Below are positions 10,634 through 19,402 of a stretch of 64,000 nucleotides of DNA, piece after piece. A program made the position numbers and the translations under genes. The notes under the pieces are model-generated. The model made no database searches. It saw only the letters and a program-made list of their open reading frames with translations, and was not told the origin of the DNA. Within the stretch, counting starts at the first letter, position 1. Every line of letters starts with the position of its first letter. The stretch spans positions 62,001 through 126,000 of the IMG/VR virus record IMGVR_UViG_3300026292_000003; one strand, given 5' to 3'.

Positions 10634-12397
10634 ATGGCATTTAAAATTGGAAACAAAATAGTATTACATGACGCAGATCCTTCTGCAACACTATTAACAG
10701 AAAGTAACTTAGATAGGTTACAAATTAATGGTGTAGATGTATTAACGCATGACGGTACTACAGTTACATTAAAAAATGTAGATATTAATGACGCATTAGA
10801 GAGTACAATAAACACAGACAATCTTACAGAAGGAACTACAAATTTATTTTTTACAGATGCTAGAGCAGTATCAGCATTATCAGGTTTAGCAACAACAGTC
10901 AGTAATAATACTACAGCAATTAATAATAATGCTACAGCAATTTCAAATAATGCAACAGCAATCGCAAACAATGCCACAGCAATTACAAATAATGCTACAG
11001 CTATTACAAATAATGAAACAGCAATTAATAATAATGTTACAGCAATCGCAAACACACTAGTAGATGCAAAAGCATATACAGATACTAGAGAAACTGCAAT
11101 TACTACAGCATATACAGCGGCTATAGCGTCATCTACGTCAAGTGGTAGTACAGCGGCAAACGCATATACAGATGCAGAAATTGCTACAGCTACAGCAAGT
11201 ATAACATCAGCATATCAAACAGCTGATGCAACAACTTTATCTTCAGCTCAAACTTATGCGGATACAGCAGAAGCAGATGCAGTAACTACAGCTAACGCAT
11301 ATACAGATGCCAGAGAAGTCGCAATCACTACAGCATATCAAACTTATACAGATACAGCAGAAGCAGATGCAAAAGCATATGCAGATACACAAATTGCAAA
11401 TTTAGTTGATTCTGCACCAACTACATTAGACACACTAAATGAATTAGCGTCAGCACTAGGTGACGATGCTAACTTCTCAACTACAGTAACAAATTCAATA
11501 GCAACTAAACTTCCACTAGCTGGTGGAACAATGGCAGGAGATCTTACATTAAGTGGAGCTCCAACAAATAATCTTCATGCGGCTACTAAAGCATATGTTG
11601 ATTCAGCAGTAACTGGTGGAACAGGTGCATTAGATACAGACGATATTGCAGAAGGAACAACTAATTTATACTATACAGATGCTAGAGCAGATGCTAGAGC
11701 AACCTTAAGAATTAATGCGGCGACAACAGACAATATAGATGAAGGTAGTACTAATTTATATTATACAAATACTAGAGCAAGAACAGAAATAGAAGGTGCA
11801 GATTTAGATTTAGGTACAAACAAAATATTATATTCTAATGTTTATGCTACAACTGGTGATTTACCAAGTGCAACAAGTTATCATGGAATGTTTGCTCATG
11901 TACACGGCACAGGCAAAGGATATTTTGCTCATGCAAATAACTGGGTAGAACTAGCAAATCAAAGTGATATTCCAACAAACAATAATCAATTGACTAATGG
12001 TGCAGGTTATGTTACAACTGATACAAATACAACATATACAGCAGGTAACGGATTATCATTAGTTGGCACAGAATTTTTAATGAGTGGTAGTTACACAGGT
12101 GACTTTACAGCAACAGGTGATGTTACAGCATACTCAGATAAAAGATTAAAAAGAAATATTGAAACTATTAATAATGCAGTAGATACTGTAAGCAAATTAC
12201 GTGGTGTAAATTTTGAAAAAGATGGTAGACATAGCACTGGTGTAATAGCACAAGAAGTAGAAGAAGTTTTACCTCAAGTAGTACATACAGCTCCAGATGG
12301 TATGAAATCAGTAGCATATGGTAATATTGTAGGACTATTAATTGAGGCTATTAAAGAACAACAAAAAGAGATAGAGGAGTTAAAAAAGAAAATATAA
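10634..12397 (+). CDS. Second tail fibre protein with C-terminal peptidase S74 chaperone
   Basis: AYSDKRLKRNI...GVIAQEVEEVLPQVV...VAYGNIVGLLIEAIKE; late promoter CATAAATAG at 10608. Confidence 0.9.
   Translation: MAFKIGNKIVLHDADPSATLLTESNLDRLQINGVDVLTHDGTTVTLKNVDINDALESTINTDNLTEGTTNLFFTDARAVSALSGLATTVSNNTTAINNNATAISNNATAIANNATAITNNATAITNNETAINNNVTAIANTLVDAKAYTDTRETAITTAYTAAIASSTSSGSTAANAYTDAEIATATASITSAYQTADATTLSSAQTYADTAEADAVTTANAYTDAREVAITTAYQTYTDTAEADAKAYADTQIANLVDSAPTTLDTLNELASALGDDANFSTTVTNSIATKLPLAGGTMAGDLTLSGAPTNNLHAATKAYVDSAVTGGTGALDTDDIAEGTTNLYYTDARADARATLRINAATTDNIDEGSTNLYYTNTRARTEIEGADLDLGTNKILYSNVYATTGDLPSATSYHGMFAHVHGTGKGYFAHANNWVELANQSDIPTNNNQLTNGAGYVTTDTNTTYTAGNGLSLVGTEFLMSGSYTGDFTATGDVTAYSDKRLKRNIETINNAVDTVSKLRGVNFEKDGRHSTGVIAQEVEEVLPQVVHTAPDGMKSVAYGNIVGLLIEAIKEQQKEIEELKKKI
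10904..11050 (+). repeat. Seven degenerate 21-nt tandem repeats encoding NNxTAIx heptads
   Basis: AATAATGCTACAGCAATT-NNN-type units read directly from the sequence. Confidence 0.9.
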
Positions 12398-12412
12398 GCA
12401 TAAATATACTTT

Positions 12413-12817
12413 ATGAAAGTAAGCGATAATACACAGATATCAATGCCAATCCGTAATATGATTGCGATCATAGGAGCAATTTGTATGGGAGTTTGGGCTT
12501 ACTTTGGAATAACTGAAAAGTTAAATCAACATAGCAATACACTTACATTAATGCAAAAAGACCTAGAGTCAAATACTGAATTTCGTATTAAGTATCCACG
12601 TGGAGAATTAGGACAAAGTCAGAATGATTTAGAGCAGTTTATGTTAATAGAAGAATTATATAAAAGTGTTGAAAAAATGGAAAAAGTATTAGAATCAAAT
12701 ATGACTAACAAAGTTAACATTGACTTTTTAAAAGAACAAGTAGATAAAATGTTAAATGATATTGAGAAGTTAAAAGACAAGCAACGTGAGTTTGCTAACG
12801 GTAACGGAGGTCACTAA
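12413..12817 (+). CDS. Hypothetical membrane-anchored coiled-coil protein
   Basis: N-terminal TM segment (MIAIIGAICMGVWAYFGI) then coiled coil; late promoter CATAAATA at 12399. Confidence 0.6.
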   Translation: MKVSDNTQISMPIRNMIAIIGAICMGVWAYFGITEKLNQHSNTLTLMQKDLESNTEFRIKYPRGELGQSQNDLEQFMLIEELYKSVEKMEKVLESNMTNKVNIDFLKEQVDKMLNDIEKLKDKQREFANGNGGH

Positions 12818-13029
12818 TGGTAGAAACAGTAGTAGCCCTATTAATGCTTATAAACAACGAAATTAAAGAGCACAGAATACAAGAATCTATGGGTGTATGT
12901 TTAAGAGGTAAACGTACAGCAGAAAGACAATATTCAGAAGGTGTAAAATACCAATGCATCAAATCTAAAGCAAAACTTGAGTTAAACATAGATGGAACTA
13001 AAACAATTAAAGCTCTTATATTAGAATAA
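12817..13029 (+). CDS. Small hypothetical protein (two Cys), coupled to the previous gene
   Basis: TAATG overlap, GGAGG RBS. Confidence 0.6.
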   Translation: MVETVVALLMLINNEIKEHRIQESMGVCLRGKRTAERQYSEGVKYQCIKSKAKLELNIDGTKTIKALILE

Positions 13030-13131
13030 AGAGATTATAAACTACTATATAACACGAGCTATATAGATAAATAATAATACAAGCAATATGCTTGTAATTA
13101 ACGTTAATTACAATTATGACAGGAGAGTAAT

Positions 13132-13320
13132 ATGTCGACATTACCAGCAACCGGTTCAAATATTTCTATGTCAACTGTGCGTAACTATTTTGGATTAAGT
13201 GGAACAGTTTCCATGAGTACATTAGGTAGCACAATCTCACCGTCAGTGACGTCTAATATCAAACTTTCAGCTACATTTGGTGGTTGGCAGTATCCGTCAC
13301 CGTCTGGTTCACATCCATAA
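13132..13320 (+). CDS. 62-aa Ser/Thr-rich protein, probable fibre-tip cap (gp38-attachment-domain-like)
   Basis: Own late promoter (GATAAATA 13066) and AGGAGA RBS; M.TLP..G..ISMS.V start resembles small proteins that follow S74 fibres. Confidence 0.6.
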   Translation: MSTLPATGSNISMSTVRNYFGLSGTVSMSTLGSTISPSVTSNIKLSATFGGWQYPSPSGSHP

Positions 13321-13361
13321 GAAATATTGTAAAACATATTTAATAGGTACGTTGTTTATAC

Positions 13362-13396
13362 TTGACAACGTGCCTATTGTAATGTAAAATAAATAC
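13362..13396 (+). promoter_or_regulatory. Overlapping sigma70-like (TTGACA-N17-TAAAAT) and late (AATAAATAC) promoters
   Basis: Both motifs read directly; the -35 box lies in hairpin 13342-13378. Confidence 0.7.
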
Positions 13397-13455
13397 ACTT
13401 GTAAAAATTATTATTGTGACCAATAGTAAAAGTAAACTCAACACAGGAGAAAACA

Positions 13456-13875
13456 ATGATTAGAACTCGTTATGAGATTGAAACGTTTGTACTTGGAGCA
13501 CACCCGTCTCCAGCCAGAAAGGCACAAGTACTTACAGAAGAGCTAATGAAAGCTCGTGAAACAAAACACCCAGACCTTCCAATATTAGAAGCAATTTATA
13601 AAGATTTTTCTGCAGAACATAATGTAGAAGAACTTTCAAAAGATATTGAATCTACTGAAGAAGAATATTGGGTACACAGACTAGCAAAACTAGCGGCAAT
13701 TGATATTTTAACAATTGGTAAAGTACAACCAGAGCATATGGCTTATATGGTTGCGTTACCAGATGAAGCTTTCAAAGCATCAGTTAAAGAAGCCACAAGT
13801 ATTGCTAAACAACTAAATTATGAGGTTCAACAAATTGAAGCTGAACTTCAAGCAGATTTAGCATCTGCAAAATAA
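13456..13875 (+). CDS. Hypothetical helical protein, possible fibre assembly factor
   Basis: AGGAGA RBS; no motif recognised; role inferred from position only. Confidence 0.55.
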   Translation: MIRTRYEIETFVLGAHPSPARKAQVLTEELMKARETKHPDLPILEAIYKDFSAEHNVEELSKDIESTEEEYWVHRLAKLAAIDILTIGKVQPEHMAYMVALPDEAFKASVKEATSIAKQLNYEVQQIEAELQADLASAK

Positions 13876-13880
13876 ACTGA

Positions 13881-14531
13881 ATGGTAACCACTCCATCATT
13901 TTATCATAAAAAGAATAATTCCGCTTCTGTAGCTATTTGCGTTCCTGTGCGAGATAATGTTACTGCGGTCTTTGCTTACAGTCTTGCTATGCTTCAACGA
14001 AAGTGTGGTGAGGCTGGGTTAGCTACTTCTCTACATTTTATTATGGGTAGTGAAGTTACTATACAAAGACAACAGTTAGTATCTGAAGCACTAGAAACAA
14101 ATTGTACTCACATTATGTGGATTGATTCTGATATGCAATTTCCAGTAGATACCCTAAATATATTATTAGCGGCAGATAAAGATATTGTTGCTGGAAATTA
14201 TTCAACAAGAGTTCCACCACATAGACCAGTCGCTTTTAGAAGTAAAAATAATCTAGATGATAGAGTTTTTACTGGTACAGGCTTAGAAAAAGTTTGGGCT
14301 GTAGGAAGTGGAATGATGTTAGTAAAAAGAGAAGTTTATGAAAAGTTAAATTCACCTTTTTATAAAATTGAATATTCAGAAGACTATTCAAGTTTAGTAG
14401 GAGAAGACGTATATTTTTGTACAAAAGCTAACGAAGCAGGATATGAAGTATATGTAAGTCACGAACTGAGTGACAAAATAGCACACATAGGAACACGTGC
14501 ATTTACAGTTAAAGGCGATTGCAATGATTAA
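13881..14531 (+). CDS. GT-A fold (family 2-like) glycosyltransferase
   Basis: VAICVP start, WIDSDM DxD motif, G.GMMLVKREV, GEDVYFC, HIG. Confidence 0.85.
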   Translation: MVTTPSFYHKKNNSASVAICVPVRDNVTAVFAYSLAMLQRKCGEAGLATSLHFIMGSEVTIQRQQLVSEALETNCTHIMWIDSDMQFPVDTLNILLAADKDIVAGNYSTRVPPHRPVAFRSKNNLDDRVFTGTGLEKVWAVGSGMMLVKREVYEKLNSPFYKIEYSEDYSSLVGEDVYFCTKANEAGYEVYVSHELSDKIAHIGTRAFTVKGDCND

Positions 14532-15615
14532 TATAAAGAATAACCAAAAAGAATTTAAAGGACAAAACGTTGTCACACCTTGGGATAGACTTAAAAGGTT
14601 TATGTTTGATAGTTACCCAATTATTAAAACCCCAATAAGATTAAAAGACGAAGAAGATATTTTAGATATAGCAAAAAAATATAAAAACGAAGCAGATATG
14701 GCTTGGGTTGTATTTGATGAAATAGAAGTTAATCCAAAATTTCCTTGGCATTATAGACCAAGTGATATAGGTAAAAAGGTTATTCATACGTTTCCTAGAG
14801 TAGTTAAAAGAACAAACAGACCAGTGAGCTGGGGGGATGTTAGATTAGTTCCTACTAACGGAGTTTCCCACGGTGAGGTAGAAAATAAATTGGTAGCAAG
14901 TTTCCACGTTGCAGAATTTGATATCTTTATGATTAGTTACCACGAAGCTGAAGCAGATGAGAATTTTCAAAAATTAAAAAACAGATTTAAAGATGCACAA
15001 CACGTAAAGAACGTTGAAGGTATTGGTAATGCTCACAAACGTGTGGGTGAATTAGCAAAAACTGAAATGGTTTATATTGTTGATGCAGATGCAGATATTA
15101 TGGGTGACTTTAGTTTTGATTATATTCCACCAATGAGTAAAAGAAAAAATACAACATATGTATGGAGTGCTAGAAATCCTGTAAATGGATTAGAGTACGG
15201 GTATGGTGGAGTTAAGTTATTTCCAAAAGTTCAGTTATTAGAACTAGGACATGAATTGCCAGATTATACAACTGGTGCAAGTTTTTATCAGCCAATATCA
15301 GATGTATCAAATATTACAAGATTTAACAAAGACCCTTATAGAACTTGGAGAAGTGCATTTCGTGAATGTGTTAAACTAGCAAGTTCAGTTAATCCTAATC
15401 AAAAACAAAAAGAGACAGATGAAAGATTAGAAGCATGGTGTACAAAAGATGTTGGAGCCCGTTTTGGTCGTTACTGTTTAAAAGGTGCCTTAGAAGGCAA
15501 AGAGTATGGATTAGCAAACAAAGATAATAACGAAGCATTAGTTAAAATTAACGACTTTGAATGGTTACGTGAACAATTTGTTGCTAGTATGAAAAAGAGA
15601 GTCACTGACAAGTAA
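14524..15615 (+). CDS. Glycosyltransferase-like protein
   Basis: IVDADA DxD motif, GIGNAH, YGYGGVKLFP, WRSAFRECVKL; start placed at ATG 14524 overlapping the upstream gene. Confidence 0.6.
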   Translation: MINIKNNQKEFKGQNVVTPWDRLKRFMFDSYPIIKTPIRLKDEEDILDIAKKYKNEADMAWVVFDEIEVNPKFPWHYRPSDIGKKVIHTFPRVVKRTNRPVSWGDVRLVPTNGVSHGEVENKLVASFHVAEFDIFMISYHEAEADENFQKLKNRFKDAQHVKNVEGIGNAHKRVGELAKTEMVYIVDADADIMGDFSFDYIPPMSKRKNTTYVWSARNPVNGLEYGYGGVKLFPKVQLLELGHELPDYTTGASFYQPISDVSNITRFNKDPYRTWRSAFRECVKLASSVNPNQKQKETDERLEAWCTKDVGARFGRYCLKGALEGKEYGLANKDNNEALVKINDFEWLREQFVASMKKRVTDK

Positions 15616-15909
15616 ATGATTCAATGGTTAAAGAAATCAATTCATCATTTAAAAGTAGAAACAGGATGGGGCTACTTTTATCATTTATGGCATAGCCTTT
15701 GCAATAGCTGGGCTTTAATTGTTATAGCATTTAAAAGTGTAGTACACGGATTATTTCCTTGGATATGGAAAGCAGATGCACCTAAAGGGGTTATTCGTAT
15801 GTATCATCAAATTATGAGAATTGAACATATAGAAAAGATGGACAAGTTAAGAAAGTTACCAAAAGATGAACGATATAAATCCAATAAACCTATTGACCCT
15901 ATTGAATAG
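15616..15909 (+). CDS. Small membrane protein, DUF6356-like
   Basis: HL......YFYHL...VHGLFPWIW pattern. Confidence 0.55.
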   Translation: MIQWLKKSIHHLKVETGWGYFYHLWHSLCNSWALIVIAFKSVVHGLFPWIWKADAPKGVIRMYHQIMRIEHIEKMDKLRKLPKDERYKSNKPIDPIE

Positions 15910-16453
15910 TTATGGCGACGTAATAGAACTGAACCAAAAGCTAGACAGTAATAAGATTATTAATGAATTAGAAAGTTTACAATGGGAAAAAGGCCCTAAT
16001 GGTAAACAAGGCATTAATCTTACAGGACCAACAACAGGTCTTGGACTTGAAGATAAAAATAAACACGATAAAGATCAAGAAGCAAATGAAAATTTACTTA
16101 AATGTCCATCATTATATGAATTCTTTAAACAATGGTCAGACTTGGCTAGATGTAGAGCAGTAAAACTAGAAGCTGGTAGCTTCTTTACTATGCATCGAGA
16201 CGCATTTAGATTTAACCCTCAAATTAGAATTTTTATTCCATTAAATAAAACTGAAATACACCAATGGAACTTTTTATACGACGATAAACGTGTAGAGTTT
16301 AAACCAGGTGTTCCTTATGTATTAAATACTCGTAAGCAACACGGAAGTTTTGCAATGGATAGTGGAATATATCATATATTAATGAGTTTATATTTAACTG
16401 AAAATAATTTAAAAACAATTATACAATCATTACCAAACTGTAAGGAAAGATAA
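15866..16453 (+). CDS. 2OG-Fe(II) oxygenase (Asp/Asn beta-hydroxylase-like)
   Basis: HRD...RIFIPL...LNTRKQH (HxD...H triad). Confidence 0.8.
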   Translation: MNDINPINLLTLLNSYGDVIELNQKLDSNKIINELESLQWEKGPNGKQGINLTGPTTGLGLEDKNKHDKDQEANENLLKCPSLYEFFKQWSDLARCRAVKLEAGSFFTMHRDAFRFNPQIRIFIPLNKTEIHQWNFLYDDKRVEFKPGVPYVLNTRKQHGSFAMDSGIYHILMSLYLTENNLKTIIQSLPNCKER

Positions 16454-17403
16454 TGAAAGAAAAAACAGACAAAAATTATCATAGTGGCGAAAAGATTGAA
16501 GATTTATATAAAAATGTAAAAGATGCAGATCATAAAAAAGTAGAAGGTAATACACAAAAAGATAGTAACTACGAAGATGAAATGTATAGTGAAGAGCAAA
16601 TAGCTAGACACAATAAAATGGATAACATCTTTAAAGTTGATAATGTTCCAAGTAGATGGGAACACAATAAAACTCGTAGTACTTTTCATTTTGATCCTTT
16701 TGGTGATCCAACTGAACAAACATTTATTATTACAAATAGATTTGTAGGAGATTTTGAACCTGCGGTTAAGTATGCAATAGCAAATGCTAAAGAACAAACT
16801 ATAGGAAATTATAGGCCACGTAATTTAAGTAAACAAGATAAAGATTTACACGATGGAGAAATACAAGATATTATAACGGCATCAGGTAAAGATGATCTTA
16901 GTGCAATGTATCACGATTCAGTAATAAGAAGAAAAGTTGATGAAGACGGGAATTACAAAGTACAAGAAAATAGAATACCTGAATATGAGGTGTTGTTTAA
17001 TATGATAGATACATTAGGTGTAGAGGTTCATCAATCAAGATTACATATACAAAAGTTAGGACAAGTAACACCAGCACATATTGATCAGCAGATGAGATAT
17101 GCTAGGCCAGGTTGGCGTAAAATATGGACTGAAGCAGGAGCAGATAAGAATCCTTTAAAGTTAAGAAGGTTTTTAGTTATGTTGCAAGATTGGGATTACG
17201 GTCACGTATGGCAATTTGGTAACACTTATTATCAAGGATACAAAGCAGGTGAGTGTATAACATACGATTGGTGTAATATGCCACACGGTACGGCTAACTT
17301 TGGATATACTCCAAGAGTTACATTTCAGTTTACAGGATTTATAAGTGAAAAAACGCAAGAGTATATAAACAATCCAGATAAAAATAGAATCATTGAAGTA
17401 TGA
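16453..17403 (+). CDS. 2OG-Fe(II) oxygenase-like protein
   Basis: Q.TPAHID...DWDYGH...PHGTANFGYTPRVT (HxD...H...R). Confidence 0.75.
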   Translation: MKEKTDKNYHSGEKIEDLYKNVKDADHKKVEGNTQKDSNYEDEMYSEEQIARHNKMDNIFKVDNVPSRWEHNKTRSTFHFDPFGDPTEQTFIITNRFVGDFEPAVKYAIANAKEQTIGNYRPRNLSKQDKDLHDGEIQDIITASGKDDLSAMYHDSVIRRKVDEDGNYKVQENRIPEYEVLFNMIDTLGVEVHQSRLHIQKLGQVTPAHIDQQMRYARPGWRKIWTEAGADKNPLKLRRFLVMLQDWDYGHVWQFGNTYYQGYKAGECITYDWCNMPHGTANFGYTPRVTFQFTGFISEKTQEYINNPDKNRIIEV

Positions 17404-18209
17404 CAATAAAACGACCATTTACAACTATGACAGAAAAAGAAAAGTTAGAATGGACTTTTCGAGAAAAAATAGTAAAACAAAAAAGACAACCAAATACTAC
17501 AGTAGAAGAGTATGGGCATGATAAAGGTGGTAGATTTATTGTAGGAAAAACAGGAGCAGATGCTTGGACAGATGATGCAGTACAAAACATAGACTGGACT
17601 TTACCAGAAAATCAATTTAATTATACGTGGAATAAAAATGGTTATAGAGGACCAGATGATAATGGAGATGTAGATATTATTTTTGCTGGTAGTAGTTTAA
17701 CAATAGGAACAGGTGTTCCTTATGAAAAAAGTTATCCACACCTCGTCTCAGAAGAACTTAATCTTAAACATATTAATATAAGTGATTTTGATACACTATT
17801 AGATTTAGCAGATAGTTTACTTGACTTTAATCATTTAAATCCAAAGTATATTATATTAGGTGATTGCTGGGCAATTAATAGTACTAGTTGGTTAATGAGA
17901 TTTTGGTTAAAGAAAGAAAAAGATTTAGAAACAATAGATTTGGTAAGAAAGACTTTTTATGATAGCAATACCAAAGTATTTAAAATATTTGAGTTAGCAT
18001 TAAAGGAAGCATTTCCAAATGCAAAATGTTTTATATTTGAACCAGAAGAAAAAAGAAAGTTATGGTCATATGGACATGAGTTACAACATATTAAATCAGT
18101 AAAATATAAAAAGAGTGATATTATTGATCTAGGAAGAGATCAAACTCACCCTGGTCCAAAAACGCATAGAATATTTGCTGATAAAGTAAAGAGTTTAATT
18201 AATGAATAA
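17400..18209 (+). CDS. SGNH/GDSL hydrolase-like protein (esterase/acyltransferase)
   Basis: FAGSSLTIGTG block I; RDQTHPG DxxH block V. Confidence 0.7.
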   Translation: MTIKRPFTTMTEKEKLEWTFREKIVKQKRQPNTTVEEYGHDKGGRFIVGKTGADAWTDDAVQNIDWTLPENQFNYTWNKNGYRGPDDNGDVDIIFAGSSLTIGTGVPYEKSYPHLVSEELNLKHINISDFDTLLDLADSLLDFNHLNPKYIILGDCWAINSTSWLMRFWLKKEKDLETIDLVRKTFYDSNTKVFKIFELALKEAFPNAKCFIFEPEEKRKLWSYGHELQHIKSVKYKKSDIIDLGRDQTHPGPKTHRIFADKVKSLINE

Positions 18210-18984
18210 TAATGGTGAAGATTTAATATTGGCTATGGGAGCTCCAGGTTCAAGATGGAGTGGAGCAATACGTATACTATCTTTGATGTATGAAAATATT
18301 AATACATCGGATAACAATGACGAATGGAACTACGAAAAGTCTGTAAGTTATAACAAATATTTACAAGCTACTAGGCTTGAAGATAGACGTGAAGAACCAA
18401 ATAGACAAATTAAAGTTGGCTGGCATCGTGGTGCATATTGGGGTCCAGGAAATCCAGCAGGTGATAAATTTGATGTATTAGATACACTAACTAAAGAAGA
18501 GATAATAGAAGAATTTAAAAAGCCTTTTACTAATTGGGAACCAGGAATTAAAATAATTAAGAGTCACTGGTTCAGTTATCATATTCCTTTATTAAGAGAA
18601 TTATTTCCAAAAGCTATACTGTGGTCATTTCATGATACTGATAAGATTTGCCAAGACTGGTGGCATACTGTTGGCGGTTGGGAAATTTCCTATCCTAATT
18701 ATGATTGGTATAAAGATGACGAAACTATGCTTAAACAAATAGGCATAGAAAATAATAATATAAAAGATAATTTTAATTTAAAAAGATATACTACTTGGAA
18801 AGAAGCAGTTAAAGAGTTAGGCTTTCCTGTAGACATAAGAACGCCAGCAGAAATAATAGATATGGAACCAAAATTTATAGATTCTTTTAAACCGTCAATG
18901 TATAGTAATTCAGAAAACTTTAATAAGTTCTTAGATTCAGTTTTTAGCAGAAAAGAAATGGGTATTATTAACCCAACTTTGTAG
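18202..18984 (+). CDS. Sulfotransferase-like P-loop protein
   Basis: LILAMGAPGSRWS loop and IIKSHWF motif resemble PAPS-binding sulfotransferase folds, but are divergent. Confidence 0.45.
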   Translation: MNNNGEDLILAMGAPGSRWSGAIRILSLMYENINTSDNNDEWNYEKSVSYNKYLQATRLEDRREEPNRQIKVGWHRGAYWGPGNPAGDKFDVLDTLTKEEIIEEFKKPFTNWEPGIKIIKSHWFSYHIPLLRELFPKAILWSFHDTDKICQDWWHTVGGWEISYPNYDWYKDDETMLKQIGIENNNIKDNFNLKRYTTWKEAVKELGFPVDIRTPAEIIDMEPKFIDSFKPSMYSNSENFNKFLDSVFSRKEMGIINPTL

Positions 18985-19402
18985 AGTGTTGCTCGTATAC
19001 AGTTCTTACTTTTTTAATAAACTGTTTTGAGTTACATTGTATTTTAGCACCTGGGTGTAATGGTCTTGGCCAATTACCTATTTTAACCCAACAATAACCA
19101 TCACTTTCATTATTTAATATAGGAATAAATTCTTCATCTATAGTAACAACAAAGCTATGGTATATAAATTTTTTATTAGGACTTGTAAATTTATTAATAG
19201 GAATAACTTTTTTAATATCAGGAACTAATCCTAGTTCCTCTTCAATTTCTCTATACAATGTATCAATTGGTTTTTCGTTATTATCCGATTTGCCTCCGAA
19301 GAAGCCCCACGTTCTAGGGTGATTAACTTCACCACTTCTGTGTTGTAACATAACTCTTCCGGTATCAGTGCTAAGAAATATACATCCTGCGGCTGTTATC
19401 AT
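18968..19402 (-). CDS. NUDIX hydrolase
   Basis: Nudix box GGKSDNNEKPIDTLYREIEEELG; start at ATG 19402 (MITAAGCIF). Confidence 0.9.
   Translation of the reverse strand: MITAAGCIFLSTDTGRVMLQHRSGEVNHPRTWGFFGGKSDNNEKPIDTLYREIEEELGLVPDIKKVIPINKFTSPNKKFIYHSFVVTIDEEFIPILNNESDGYCWVKIGNWPRPLHPGAKIQCNSKQFIKKVRTVYEQHSTKLG

Noticed and set aside
10904-11050. Tandem repeats as a possible CRISPR array
   Set aside because: In-frame coding heptads, no unique spacers, no cas genes.
3599-11055. Many long minus-strand ORFs opposite the fibre genes
   Set aside because: Antisense shadows of Ala/Thr-rich coding sequence with few stops; no RBS or promoter.
7948-12397. Duplicated fibre C-termini as a DGR template/variable repeat pair
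   Set aside because: No reverse transcriptase in the window; both copies are coding; differences are not confined to adenines.
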